Of a stretch of DNA of 64,000 bases, positions 45,956-61,233 are shown piece by piece; within the stretch, counting starts at the first letter, position 1, and the number at the start of each line of letters is the position of its first letter. The notes under the pieces are model-generated. The model saw only the letters and a list, made by a program, of their open reading frames with translations, made no database searches and was not told the DNA's origin. The position numbers and the translations under genes were made by a program. The stretch lies in the NCBI RefSeq assembly GCF_009914755.1, contig NC_060927.1, one strand, 5' to 3'. Source of the stretch: the human T2T-CHM13v2.0 reference genome, Homo sapiens.

Positions 45956-47209
45956 GGTGAGAGAGAGAAATCAACCAAAGGCCTGTGGGAGACTGACCAT
46001 TGTCATAGGTGGAAGGCTAAACAGGGTTGTGGGAGTTTCAGAAATGGGGGAGCATTGTAGTTTGAAGTGATGGAGGAGGGCCAAACAGAAAAATAAAAAA
46101 TCACCTCAGCAGGGAAGCGTGAAGTACAATAAACATATGGATGAAAACAGAACAAGACATGAAAACTTATTTAGTTTTTAAATTTCTGCACACAGGAGAA
46201 AGTACGTGCTATGAGTTGGCTCCTTTCACCATACCAAGATGCCTATGCTAGAAGCTTTGAGTGCTGCTTAAAATATTGCTACAAGGTCATGCAGCCTCTG
46301 AAGGAGCTTCTTAAGCTGGCCCTAAGTATTATGTTACTATCTTTCTATGCTTTCTTTTTTCCCTGGAGAATAGGTTTAGTTTATGATCCCAACTCCTACT
46401 TCTCTGTAGATAATGCTTGCCTCTATTTCTCCAGCCCCCAATTTTCACCTGCGTTCAAACACTATTTTTAGCTGCCTTCTTAGATGCCTTCATTATTATG
46501 AACTCATTCAGAAATCATTGTGTCCAAGCCTGAATTTATCTTCCTTTAAAACCTCCCTAAGTTTCTCCCAGTTTTATCTGTGTAATACTGAAATAGTTTA
46601 AGTCCCTAAAAACATTCATTACCTCATCCTATACAATTTCCTTGAAATAGTTCTTTACTTACTTTGTTTTATCTTCCTTCCCCTTTTTACTGTCACCTTT
46701 AAAACCTCACATTCTCAAGTAATAACCTCTTACCTTATCTTCCTACTGCTAGATAGAGACTCTCCAAACATTATTTCTACTATGAAACCATTTATTGCTT
46801 TCCATAGCCTAAAGGGGAGACCATGGATCCTGAGTGGCCTACAGAGAGGTAGGCTCGATAAGAAGGAGATGGAGCGTGTTATAAAGGCGTCTGTCACCAC
46901 ACACATATGGATTTCTCAAGTTTCATATTGAGCTGGCTCAGTGCTCCATCAAAGTTGGAGGCAATGATTGAAGTCAGAGACCTGGTGCAAATTTAGAGAC
47001 TTGGTGCAACCCAGTCAGAGACCTGGGTTAAGCAGCCTGGTACAAATTTCGGATAAATACGTGGTCTCTGTTGTACTTATCACACATGAAATGGGAAGGT
47101 GAGGAGTAAAAATGGGATTATGCCACTGCAGGGTGGATTTGAATTAGACAAAGGAGAGACAGCTGAAGAGATACAGGGCTGTGAGAACATGTATAAGTTA
47201 GTTTTTCCA

Positions 47210-47480
47210 TTCCTTAAACCCACACTAAGGCCTTTCCTGACAGGCATTTCTCCCTTCCTTGATTTATTTTTCTCCATACCAGTTATTCCTACCTGACACA
47301 TTCTATATTTTTCTTTTGTTTTGTCTCCCCCCAAGTAGAATGAAAGCTCCATCAAGGCAGGAATTTTGTCTGTTTTGTTCACTGCTGTCTCCCCAGTTCC
47401 CAGAACCATAACTGGCACAAGGCATATGCTCAATATTTATGTAAATATTTATAAATATTTGTTGAACAAATGAATGGATA
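47210..47480 (+). mobile_element. L2 3' end
   Basis: 'gaatgaaagctccatcaaggcagg...tgttcactgctgtctcccca...aaatatttgttgaacaaatgaatg'. Confidence 0.85.
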
Positions 47481-48076
47481 CACTCTCTAGCATGACATCT
47501 TATTTATTTATTGGTAAGTCTGATCACTTCTACCCTCAAACATGTTAAATTTATTTCTTTTCTAAATAATTCCTTGTAGAATTTTCTACTTTCTCCTCAG
47601 CTATCCAAATTCCATCCTATTTTGGGTTCTGGTCAGGCTGCATTATTACTGGGAAGCTTTACCTGATGGAAAGCGGGAAACCTGAAAACATCCCAGGGCA
47701 CAGTAATCACAAGTCTCTCAGCATCCTGGAGACTCTTGCTTTTTGTATCATTTGTCTTTGGAATTATCACATCCTCAGAGGCTGGTGTGCATTGCTTTTC
47801 ACTGCCTTCTTCTGATGCTAATCACACCTTTTCTGAACTTGATCTTCTCTTACTTTCAGTGTTATACTCCCACAGGTGTTGGCTTTAGGCATGTGCATTT
47901 TTGCTCATTCATGCATTATTTAATTATTTAATACACACTCCTCTAAACACTGTGGGAGACAGAAATAAATTAGGCCCAATACAAGCCCTTAAGGAAATCA
48001 TAGTCTAGTTTGATCCAGAGTATTAACTAATTAAGTTTTAAACTCCTTGAAGGTGGAGGCATTTAAAAATATATTT

Positions 48077-48106
48077 GTGTGTGTGTGTGTGTGTGTTTGT
48101 GTGTGT
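48077..48106 (+). repeat. (TG)n microsatellite, interrupted
   Basis: Seen directly. Confidence 0.9.
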
Positions 48107-48988
48107 TTCCACCATGCCTCCAATAATGCTAGGTACTTAGAGAGCTCAATAAATGTACCAAATGATGGAAGAACCTTAGAATTAGCTGGAATTTAGACTA
48201 TTCTAATCTAACCACCCCACTGTATGGGTGAAGATATAAAAGGAGTGGTTTGTTTATTACTTGCCTGCCAGATAGCTAACCAAATAACTATGGGAGGGTC
48301 TGGGTTGAGAGAAACCAGGGTCCTAAACTACCAGGTCAAATACATTATTGCTAAATCTCTATACCATTGTCAGAAACATGCTACAGAAAACCAGGCTGGT
48401 TTATGTAAAAATAATTGTGTTAGTACTGATTAAAATTCTAAAGGGCTAGTATTAATAAAATGAAATATCTTGGGTAAAAGTGCTTAATATTCCTTGGATG
48501 CTCTGTTTCTTTAGAATTAGAGAGTACAATGGGAGTAAATGCATCAAAACAATGTAAAATTCTTTGTGATCACCAGGGTGTGACCCTGCCTCTGGTAACG
48601 TACACAGCAGTTACTTCTGGAACCATTGCTTGAGATATCTAGAAACACTCTGGTGGCCCTACCTTGGCTATTCCTGGCTATGACTCTCTGCTCCAATCTC
48701 CTGCCTTATCCTCTTTACTTCTAATTAGTTAGTAGACATCCTTGGGAAGTAAGAAACTAGAGCTTCAGGGGACCCAGCTTCCTGGCTCCTCCTGTGCCGT
48801 CTTTAGAATACTGTGGCAGAAACCCCAATGATCTTGGAAATTTGGGTTTGCATATTTAATCTCTCTTCTGGATCTATGATCTTCATTCTCAGCAAGGATC
48901 AGCCCTCGCTCACTCTATGTATTTTTTCAAATTCCTGGTGGTGTGCCAGTTGGTACATGAAGAAGGGAAGGTTTGGTGACAGAGAGGG

Positions 48989-49362
48989 TGATACGGTTTG
49001 GCTATGTCCCCATACAAAATCTCATCTGGAATTATAATCCCCATAATCCCCACATGTCAAGGGTGGGATCAGGTGGAGGTAATTGGATCATGGGGGTGGT
49101 TTCCCCTGTGCTGTTCTTGTGACAGTGAGTGAGTCTCACAAGATCTGATGGTTTTATAAGTGTCTGGCATTTCCCCTGCTTGCACTCAGTGTATTCTCCA
49201 GCCATGTGAAGAAGGATGTGTTTGCTCCCCCTTCAGCCATGATTGTAAGTTTCCTGAGGTCTCCCCAGCCCTGCAGAACTATGAGGCAATTAAACCTCTT
49301 TCTTTTATAAATTACCCATTCTTGGGCAGTTCTTTATAGCAGTGTGAGAAAGGACTAATACA
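48989..49362 (+). mobile_element. THE1D/MSTA-like MaLR solo LTR
   Basis: TG...CA termini, 'agatctgatggttttataag' and 'gccatgattgtaagtttcctgagg'; perfect TSD gaggg. Confidence 0.93.
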
Positions 49363-51469
49363 GAGGGCTTCTTCTGAAGTAGACTTTAAGAGAAGAGTTT
49401 AGAAGTAGATTTCCCCATTATTAAAAACTGACTAATTTTGAGCGGTAGGTAAGTTACAGTACCTCTTTGACTGCATTTATTTCTGAGAATCTTGTGTGTA
49501 GAAAATCAATGAAAGACAAAATATATCTGTAAATATAAGTTCATAAAGTAAGGCTGGGAGCTGTATGTTTGCCATTCAAGAGTGGGATTAAAAAACTATT
49601 AGCTGACCATAGAGACCTAGGAGTAGCAGGTGAAAGAGAATTTTGAGGGAGGCACTAGCAACCCAGAGGAATGTGGTCATTTTTTTTTTTTTTTTTTTTT
49701 TTTTACATTTTCCCTATGGTTATCACATACTGTGTGGCATGTAAAGACTGAGTTCTGCACAGAGATGGAGCATTTCCCAGAGCTGTTAGGGAGATGAATT
49801 GCATTTATCTAGGAGAGGCTGTTACTTTTCCTCAATTTATTCAGTGATTAGAAAATAGCTTGTGGTTTTTGTCTTCAGAGACGCATAGTTGTTTTCCATG
49901 AACAATAACCCACTGGCCAGATTTGGTCTAATGTTCTGAGAGGCTCTGGCTGTGGCAGAGACAGAAAAACTCTACCACCCACAGGCATAGGAGGCTGCAC
50001 CAGATTTGAAGGATAGAAGTCAGGAACAATTAAAGGGCATGCAGGCACTGGAGTGAAATGCTGATTTGGAAGCATGATTTACATGTGGGTGTTCCCAGCC
50101 TGGCATGTGGATAGGCGTCCTAAGGCTAAGTTTATCCTTTCATTTTTGAAGTACACTGAGTGCTAGTCTCTGTGGATAGTTCCTTTGCAGAAGAGAACAT
50201 GGCAGCAGTTGGGCTGGTGGCTTGCTCATAGCCACAGAGGCCAACCCATAATCCTGGGTATGTTAGTGATGGTGGTGAGATGAGGGGAGAGGCAAGTGCT
50301 TTGTACATTGAGTACCTCACCTTCTAGCATGGGATCCATAGCAGCTTTTGAACATTGGTCCCTTTAGAATCAAACACTGGCAATGTAACTTTAATCATAG
50401 GGCTATTTACTTTTTTTCCGCTACAATCTTGCAAATTTTCAAAAAGATTATGTGAAACTGCAGTTAACAATCTGTAAATTGTGTCTCTTCAGACTAAATT
50501 GTTCTTTGCTGTTGATGAAAGGCTGTAAAAGCATTCTGGTTTTTAGTCCTTAGATGAGTTAAAACTGATGGTGACTCTAGCTAAACTGAAACAAACTGTC
50601 TTTATCTCATCTGACCTTTTTTAGGAGATGTTTATGTATCTTTCTTACATTATTAGAGTACATAGTTTAGTTGGAGGACAGGACAGGGGCATTCTTGTTG
50701 CATGTTGTTGATTGAGAAAGAAGCAAGCAAGTGGCCTTATCCTTATGATGCTTGGTGAAGCAATTAGCATTGTGGAATCAATGTTATAAAAACCGGCTCC
50801 GCATAACCTATTGCAGGCATCTAAAAATCTAGATTAGGTCTAACCCAGACACAGTTTCAAGTAAGGAGGGGGGTCATATAATATGATATTGTCACTCATC
50901 CCTATCATTTCTTATTACTGTTATAAACAGGAAGATTTCGAATCTAAAAGTAAGACTTACTTGTTTGAACCTGGGATTCTGGCCCAAACTATACCCACCA
51001 CATTTCCACAGAGAAGGTTCAAGTCCCTGGATGCCTATGCCAAATGGATTCCCCCATTCTCCCAAGAATGCAAATGATGACAAATTGACCAAAGCTTCTG
51101 GACTTTCCTCTCTAAAACAGGGTCAATACCTGAGTTAAGACGAGAATTTCAAGTCTGTGAATCTCAGCTTTGGTTCTGCTTCTTCTCTGCAGTTGAGAGA
51201 ATTTATGAAGCCAAAAAAAGTACGATGCCACCCCATACAGAATCAGAGCTGTATTTATTTTGCCCTTTGATATTCCATTCAACATTGAGATTTGTATTTC
51301 TCCAAATCAGGGTGGGAAAAGATTTTCTAAGGCACAGTGGGAGAGGTGCTGATTGGTAAAGAGTTTGCGGAGGTGAAAGTAGAAAGATTGACTTGTGAGC
51401 TGTCTCCAAGAGGAATGAATGCAAAACATTTGATTTCCCTGTTTGTTTTTTGTTGCAGATACCTTGACT

Positions 51470-51757
51470 ATGAATAATAGTTTCAATAAGGAAGACAGAA
51501 TGAGTTCTGACACGATGGTTGGGAGCTGTGACAGGCAGACGAAAAATGGAGCCAAATGGCATGGAGGTGTGTCATCACTGCTGGATTTTACCTTGATCTA
51601 CATTCAGTTATCTACTTCTTTTCAAAATGCTGGGCATTCATTCAAGAAACAGCATATATGTTCTGACTTTGAAGTAATGGATGAATTGTCATGTGCAGTA
51701 TATGGAAATAAGTTTTATTACCTTCTTCCCACATTAACTCATCCATCCATTCAATAG
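51470..51757 (+). CDS. Putative 95-aa orphan ORF in a candidate terminal exon (coding status unproven)
   Basis: ATG 12 nt after a strong acceptor (tttccctgtttgttttttgttgcag, AG ends 51458); non-repeat sequence; no recognisable domain. Confidence 0.25.
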   Translation: MNNSFNKEDRMSSDTMVGSCDRQTKNGAKWHGGVSSLLDFTLIYIQLSTSFQNAGHSFKKQHICSDFEVMDELSCAVYGNKFYYLLPTLTHPSIQ

Positions 51758-54104
51758 CCATTTATTGAGAAGCTCACTCTGTGTTAGGCACAGTGGTAAG
51801 TACTATAGGTTATCAATCACGTATTTCCTAGAAATTATATAGTAATGAACAACGTGCTTTTATTTTTAAATTGGCTTTGGTTTTATGACACATGATAAAG
51901 CCTTCAAACAAGGAATCGCTGCATGAATAGAAAAGGTGAAGATAATTGTGATTAATTAATGAGCTTTATAGCTTTTTAGATCCATATTTCAGTGGACCTA
52001 AAAAGGAGCTGCCTTATTCACTATTTGAAATATTGTCTTGTTATTGCAAGCCAGTTAAGAGTAAGATAAGACATTGATTGACTCTAGAGATGCTCTAGTT
52101 GTTGCTTAGAAGTAAAGGTAAATAGTCTTCTGTGTGCCTACCCTTCTGCATAACCAGCAGCAATTACAGCAACTAAAACTTTCTATTTTTCAGCATGGAT
52201 TTTGTGCCTATCATTATTTGCTATGTGATGCTATCATAATACCTGCGTAAGCTCACAGCCATGAATGTAGGAGGTGTAATAGGAAAATGAGACTGTGGAT
52301 CAAAAAAATATTGAAACAGGATAGAAAGTCACTGATGAAAGCATAGAATTACATATTATTGGGCAGGATGGTGGAGGAGGAGAAACAAAACTGTGACCAC
52401 CAGTGAAAGAAATTATGAATAAATTGCCTTTCTGATGGTTACAATGAAAGGAATGTAGGTGATGAGGGCCTCCAGTGGAAAGGAAGCATGGTAAGCAAAA
52501 ATCAGTAGGTGACCCATGCCCTTCTAGTATCTGGGAAGGGAAAAGATCAAAACCTATGCAACTGAAGCCAGAGTCACTGTTAGTGGAGAGGAAAGTTAGT
52601 GTGCAGCTGAGGGGCTCGAGGGAGGTTTTCCTGGCCACTTCCAAGGTCTAGTATATGGAGTGCCAGAGGGTGTTCTATGGAAAGAATGGGACAGCTACCC
52701 AGTGAAGAATGTGGCTGAGTGTGGGAGAGGACCGAATATATAATTTGCAGCAATGTCTCGAGAAAGCTGAGAGGACCCAGATCTTGTGTGTCTGTCAGAG
52801 AAAGGAAGAATGAGTCACTAGTTTTAGCACTAAGGTTACCCAGGAAATTTTAACATCTACTTGTAAACCGTCACTTAATGTTTGACTTATGTGATAATTT
52901 GGAATTTTATTTAAACATCTTAATAAAACTTTGTTAATAAACTTCCTAGTAGGAGGATTTCTCCCATATTTTGAATGTTTCTCAATGCTGGGAAATGAAA
53001 ATTTCCAACTGGCAGTATTTCATAATACTGTTTACCTGGGAAAATTAGTATAACAAATAGAGTGATTTAAGTTTTATTCTGGAATTACACATCCCCCTTC
53101 TCCCTGGAAATGTCCCCTTAATTGTTTACAGCTGCTCAAAACTCAGTTTCATAGAAGGTTGAGCAGCAGCATATCCTAGATAAGAACAATGTGTCATGGA
53201 GCAATCTAACGTGAGCTCTAACATGATCTCTCAAACCTTGAAGAATCAAAGAAAGAACCTTAGTTTGGAATAAACAGTCAATTCTCAAGTAAAGCTTATA
53301 GGCATTTGAAAAACACTCTGGTGCTATTTCTTCAGAGGTGCACATTAATAAATGTCTTGGGCCCTCTTTTGACTGCAGGTGTCATGATGTTGGAACAGTA
53401 ACAATAACTCAACCAACCAGGGCTTCTCTGAATACAATCCTACAGCAGCAGGAGCTGTGGAGATATAGAAGGCAAGGAAGACCAGGTTGTGAGGGAAGAC
53501 GAATTTACTCCCAGGAATGTTGGGATTGAGAGTAATATTCTCCAATAATGGTGGAAGACAGACCAATAAAAGCCCACCAGCTCCTTCTGCATGGTGGGAT
53601 AAGAGAAAAGCCAAGGGCAGAAGTGAGAAAAATAACCATCACCAAACTGAAAAGAAAACCTTTATAAAAAAACTGGATTGATAAATGACCTTTAGTAGTG
53701 GAAAGATACCATTCCAATGAAGCATGAATTGAAAGGATTTCTTCTGAAAGCTAATTTACATTTTTCTTTTTTTTTTTTTCATTTTCAGTGTGTTTTAGCA
53801 GGTGTATTGTTCTACATGGTTAGTTTCTTTACCTCTTTGAGAAAAATGGGTCAGCTTGACACATCTGGATGAAAGAATCCGTTAGGTGATTATGATTGAA
53901 GACAGATTAAGCCTTGTTATGAGGGGAATATTTGGGGGCTTACCCTGAGGTGATATTTGATGATTTAGCTGTGGGAGAATTTCCCTCCCAAGATCAGCGT
54001 GACTGACACTGAAATTGCTACAGGGGAACCGGACCTTTCCAAGAGGTGACAAGGACATTTACCTGGTACAACACAATGGTTCTGGACTGGAAGTCTAGTC
54101 CCAT

Positions 54105-54806
<702 letters not shown>

Positions 54807-55074
54807 GCATTATATTATGCCAATATCATCTCTTTGTTGACTATTGCTATTATAGTTTGTTTTATGGGTCTTGTGTAAACAATCAAGCTATAATATTGGG
54901 TTAACTCCCTAAGGAAAACTTGGAATATAGAACATTATTTTAAAGACTGAATTAGGTAAATACACCTGCCAGTGAATACATTAACAAATTAATTAATATA
55001 TTCACTCTTTTCACTCACAAATACTTTTTGAGCCCCTATTACTAGCCAAACATTTTGTTAGATTCTGAGAAGGG

Positions 55075-55292
55075 TCTGCTAGACAACATTGTGACTATAG
55101 TTAATAACAATATATTGTACTCTTGAAAATTACTAAGAGAGTAGATTTTAAGTGTTCTCACCACAAAAAATAAGTATGTGAGGTAATGCAGATGTTAGTT
55201 AGCTTGATTTAGCCATTCCCCAGTGTATACATATTTCAAACCTTCATATTATACATGGATAAATATATACAATTTTTATTTGTCAATTAAAA
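55075..55292 (+). mobile_element. L1MA 3' end inserted in an L2 fragment
   Basis: 'gtgactatagttaataacaat...gagagtagattttaagtgttctcaccac'. Confidence 0.88.
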
Positions 55293-56759
55293 GCCCCTCG
55301 ATGAATACAGTTTCCATTCTGTCCTCGAGGTGGAGCTTGTAGACTTGGTGGGGTCCGGGGATCAACTTTTAAACAGGCAGTTCCAACGTGTGGAGTGGAT
55401 AGGCTTATTCTCTTTGTTGCTTTTATGATAGGTATTTAGAATGCACTTTCCTCTGTTAAGTTAAGCCAGCCACCATTCCCTCATTCAGTTTCCATCCTCC
55501 ATGAATTTGCTCACATCTGCGGTCTACTGTCACTCATTCTTTCCTTCTCTTCCTGAGGGCTTGTGTGACTTATGTTCTTGGCTTTCTCTTAGGAACATGG
55601 TGCAGCTTGGCCCTGCATTATCCATCTGGAAAAACAGATCATAAAACAGTCCTTCTCTGTACTAAGTGCTAAAGTAGGAGGAAGGGCATAAGTCAGCTCC
55701 CTGAGCTATATATCCTTGTTTTCAGGAGCTGAGCTAGACACAAGCAGAACTTGCAAATAATTTACATTTCTTTCTGCTGAGGTGGTTCAGAATAAGTTGC
55801 AACAAACATGAACAGGAATGGTGCAGTAAATAAAATAATAATTTAGGTCATTTAAAAATTACTACCCATTATTTTCTAGATTGTAAATCCTAAGGGTGTT
55901 AGCTGATTAAATTGGCGAAGGCACATCTCACCAAGTCATCAGCTTCCTAATTATGAGAGATACATCTACTCAGGCAGGTACCTAGACAAAGAATAACTAG
56001 ATTAATTACTCAAGAGTCTTTTTATTTCTTCCTGCCTTCACTTGTTAACTATACTAATAGAGAGATGGTATTAGGCATAGGGAAAAATACATCTGTTACC
56101 AAGAAAAAATGTCTGGGAGTCTTAAACCTGTGGAATCCTCTGCCTGTAAACATCTAGTTGAATATTTTTGTCTGGAGGGTTGGCCTTTAATTTTTTTCCC
56201 TGTGTTTTAAGATGATATACTTTACAAAATGTGGTCCTGATTTATAGATCCAGCAGTGTTTAAATTGGCCAGAAAGAGAGTGTGAGAAATGGATGTACTA
56301 TAGCTCATTTGTTTTCTGTTGGTCTTCCTTTTTCATTGCTGTCATGGTACATCACAGAGGCAAGTCTGGTTTCTTTGGCTAACCTCTGAATAAAGGGCAC
56401 TGTGGCCACTGCAGGGGAGCATGCAGAAGTGGTGAATGAATGACAGAAAAAATGCGAGTTGAGTCCATTCAGGGAGGTGATTTGTGGCCATATGATAAAA
56501 TGTGCAGATGTTAATTGCGCTTCTGTTTCTCACGCATGATTACCTTGTTGCTGTACACTGCCTGTGTGTGCCTGCAGAAAGTACATAATAGATTTTGCAG
56601 ATAGGAGGTACAAAGAGGGTGTAGTGTGAGAACAAAGGCACTGGGAGTGGGCAAGTGACAGATCAGAGGAAGACTAGGTGGCAAGACTGGGCAGAGAAAA
56701 AGAACAATATTCAGGCTAGGAGGGCAGGCAACTACAGCTTGAGAATATCACAAAGCCCC

Positions 56760-57400
56760 TAAGGCAAGACTATGAACTTGATATGGGGTTTCCCAGTATT
56801 CCACCTTGCACATGAATAAATCATTTCATCTATTCTGAAGTCTCAAGTATCTAACCAGAAATTTCATTTGAAATGGAAAAGTCAGAAATCGTCCCCACCC
56901 TCTAACTGATTTGTTCATGGCAGTTTCTATACTGAAGCAACATGTCAAGCCTGGCATAGATTGCATGGGTTGCCTAAGGAGAGTGAATGCCCAGGATCCA
57001 TCTCTGGGCCACTCAAAATGTAATCATATCGAGACAATGAGGAGCCTATAAAGAGTATCTAATAAAAGAAAACACAGTGGAACCAGGGAAAAATCTGGAA
57101 AGAGTGGTCTCATGAAAGCCAAAAGAGGAGAGTTTCAAAGAGTGAATTGTGGACTAATTGGGAAATGGAATAACATGTATAGAGAAATGTGTCTATTGGA
57201 TTTGGAAACATGCAACAGTTTCATGTGCATGATTTGGAAGGAATCCAGATTAGAGTGGGTTTGTCCATTAACTGATTCATGATGTTCACACATATTTCTT
57301 TGAGTACCGAACATGCATCAGATATTACTTCGGTTGTTGGGGGATTCATTGGTGCAAAAGCAAGCATGATTCTTTACGGGATCATGGTAGCTTATGTGGG
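56760..57400 (-). mobile_element. L2 fragments
   Basis: 'tcatgaaagccaaaagaggagagtttcaa' and 'tgtctattggatttggaaacatg'. Confidence 0.6.
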
Positions 57401-58634
57401 AAGACAATTTTCCAATCACATTCCTTCTAGGTTCCTGGCCATCTAGCCAAACCATAGGTCACAGCCCTTGAACTGGTATATAATCAACTATTTGGCTATT
57501 TCTCCTTCCAAGCAATGAACAGTCAGGTGCACTGCTCAGATTTCTGCCCCCTGGGAAAATTTCCTTTCACTACTTTCCTCCAGGAATGTTCCAAAGAGGG
57601 CCTGTTGTACTGTAGCCATCCACTTTCGACTAGTGCCTGCATGTCATGTAGAACCATCTGCAAACCAGGCCCAAGTCTTCTGGTCTTCTGTCAGTTGATC
57701 ATAGGGAACTCCCCATGAGGCCCTAGGTGCAGTCTGGGAGAGAGAAGTTAGCATAGCAGAAGTGGGAGCCACGGGCATTTGGGTCACTTCTTTATGTAAT
57801 TTACTTATGCCTTCAGGGTCTTCTTGGGCTCCATCACTTATATTACTTCCATTTGATGATGGAGTACTGCAGTGCACACCCAACTTTATGGCTTGGTAGG
57901 CGAGATAATATCTAGTTTGTAATGGGGAGCTCAGATTGCATGGTAAGTTGGTGGCTCATGGTTAAGCATCCTGTCTCCACCAAGGCCCAGTAGCAGGCTA
58001 GGAGCTGTTTCTCAAAAGAGGAGTAGTCATCCACAGGGGATGGGCAGGTCTTTGCTCCAAAATCCTAAGGGCTTGTGCTGCAGGTGCTTGCAAAAGGCTT
58101 TAAACAGCATTCCTATCTGTCACTGACACTTCAAGCACAATTTGATCTGCTGGATCTTATGGTTAAAGTGCCAGAGCAGCTTGCATGGCAGCCTGGACCT
58201 GTTGTAGAGCTTTCTCTTGTTCTGAGCCCTTTTCAAACTGGCTGCTTTTTTGGGTCACTCAGCAAATGAGCCAGAGTAACACAGTCAAAAGAAAAATATG
58301 TTGCCTTCGAATTCAAAGAGGCTCACTAGTTGTTTTGTCACCTTTCCGGTCATACAAGGGTCCAGTTGCAACAACATACCCTTCACCTTAGAAGGGCTAT
58401 CTCAACTTGCCACACACCACTGGAACCCTAGAAACTTCACTGAGGTAGATACCTGAATTTTTCTTGGATTTATTTCCCTCCCTCTGACACTCAAATGTCT
58501 TACCAAGATATCTAGAGTTGTAGCTACTTCTTGGTCGCTAGACCCCATTAGCATAAAGTCATCAATGTGTTTGGTCAGTGAAATAGAAGGGAAGGGAAGA
58601 GTGGAAGAGAAGAGTGATTAAGAATCTTGCAAAC

Positions 58635-59067
<433 letters not shown>

Positions 59068-61071
59068 TCAAGAAATACCAGGAAAATACAAGGTGTCAGG
59101 GGATGTGTTGGTGTGTTCAAGTTATGAAACCACACCTGGTATAGCAGCTGTAGTTAGAGTCACTGTACTAATCTCACAATGATCTGTCATTCATCTGTCT
59201 TTTACAAAGGCCAAATAGGTGAGTTGAATGAGGATATGGTGGGAATCACCACCCCTGAATCTTTCAAGTCCTTAATGGTGGACTGATCTCTGCAATCCCT
59301 CCAGGAATGTGGTATTGCTTTTGGTTACTATTTTCTTAGATAGAGGCAGTTTTAGTTGCTTCCATCTGTCCCTTTCTACTGTAGTAGCCCTTACACCATA
59401 GGTCAATGAACCAATGTGGGGAGGCTGTCACCTGATGAGTATATCTACTCCAATTATACATTCTGGAACTGGGAAAATAACTACAGGATAGGTTCAGGGG
59501 CATACCAGGCCACTGTGATATAGACCTGAGTTAAAACTCCATTGATTAGCAGACCGCCATAAGCCCCTTCTCTGACTGATGAAACACAGTGATGTTTGAA
59601 GTGTCCTGGAATTAGTGTCAGTTCAGAGCCAGTGTCCAGTAGTCCCTGAAAGGTCTGATTTCCCCCTCCCCTCAGTACATACTTACCTTTGTAAAAGACT
59701 ATAGATCTCTTTGGGAGAAAGATTAACAGTCTAAATATTTGGCAGTGTGCTATGTCCTTCCTCAAGGGGAACCAGCTTCCCCTTTATTCAAGGGGTCCTT
59801 GATCTGTAAATTGGCTCATCAGAAGGTTAATTGAGGGCCTGTGCCTCCTTTGTTTTTTTGATTCACTTTAGAATTCGGTTCACTTGACCTAGATCTTTTC
59901 TGCTTACATAGATGAAGTAAGAATTTAGTAGGCTTCTTATCTCTTTAGCTTGTAGGAACACCATGATCATTTAGTCAATCACACAGGATGATTACTGCTT
60001 TGACTCTGCTCTTCATCATGGTGACCACACTCACCTTGCCTTTGGTGGTTACTGAGGGCTGCCGCTTGGCTTCTGCCACCCTGGGATCCAATTACTACTG
60101 TTGTATTTAGATTTCCCAATTCAGGGGCTGCAGTTCCCATTGCAGGATCTGGTCTACAGAGAAGAGTGATTGTACAGCTCTTCAAATGTTAGAGCTCCTC
60201 TCAAAAATGTATTTCTCACAGTTGTGGTGAAAGGTATGTCTTCTGGACCCTGCCAGGGTGGGTGAGTAGACCTTAAATGACAAATTTACTCCAAAATTCC
60301 AATCTTTCTGGGCCTTTGAATCCCTTTCTCTATATTAAACCAAGGCAAGTCCAGCATTTCTAACACACTGTGGGCCACCTTTTGGTCCATGTTTTAGCCA
60401 ACCACACAAACTGTTAGAGCCCTTTCTATTTCCCTGAGCTGCAACATTAAGTGCAGAATCTCTGCTTAGTGGGCTCATATCAATAAATTTAGCCTCATCC
60501 AACTTTATGTTCCTTCCACCATTATACCACACCCTTAATATCCATTCCCACATATATTCCCCAGATTTCTGTTTGTACAAATTAGAAAACTCAAGTAGTT
60601 ATTTTGGAGTGTAGCACACCTCAAGGGTCACACTTTGTACCTCACCATTAGGGTCCTGCTGAGACTTGAGTCTAGGTGTAAGTCTAAAATTCAAAGGGGT
60701 TTTGGGGATAAGTCCTGAGGAGAATCGGCATTGCCTTGTTAGGCAATGGACTCAGAGGAGGCCATTACCTTTTCCTCAGACAATGCAGGGTTAATCCCTA
60801 TAGATGAGGGTGGAGAGGATGCTTCTACTGGCAAAGAAGACTCATCAGAATTTGGAGGATTTTTGTCCCTCGCTCCATTAGGTTCTTCCCACATATTCCC
60901 ATTGCAAATTCAGGATCCCGTTCTTTCCTAATCGATACCTTCATTCTATCAGTGGACAGAATAACCAAATAAACTTTTTAAAAAAGAGATATATAAATGG
61001 TGTTGACAAATATGGCTTACCAGGTATCAAAGCATAAAATAATGTTACAGGAATTAAAGAAGTATGTCTCA

Positions 61072-61233
61072 GGCTGAGTGCGGTGATTCATGTCTGTAAT
61101 CTCAACACTTTAGGAGGCCAAAGCAGGAGGATCACTTGAGGCCAGATGTTTGAGTCCAGTCTGGTTAACATAAAAAGAACATGTCTCTTAAAAAACAAAA
61201 CAAAAAAACCAAAAAAAACAAAACACCCAAAAC
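61072..61233 (+). mobile_element. FLAM/Alu left monomer
   Basis: Left arm with A/C tail; TSD aagtatgtct. Confidence 0.9.

Noticed and set aside
49680-49704. T25 tract as a retrocopy tail
   Set aside because: No adjacent recognisable element or TSD; treated as a simple mononucleotide run.
52270-52940. Possible ancient LTR (Gypsy-like or ERVL)
   Set aside because: Only a TG start and an AATAAA-rich end; I cannot match it confidently to a family.
59481-60580. Protease and gag ORFs as a domesticated retroviral gene
   Set aside because: Short, interrupted by stops and frameshifts, and embedded in a decayed provirus.
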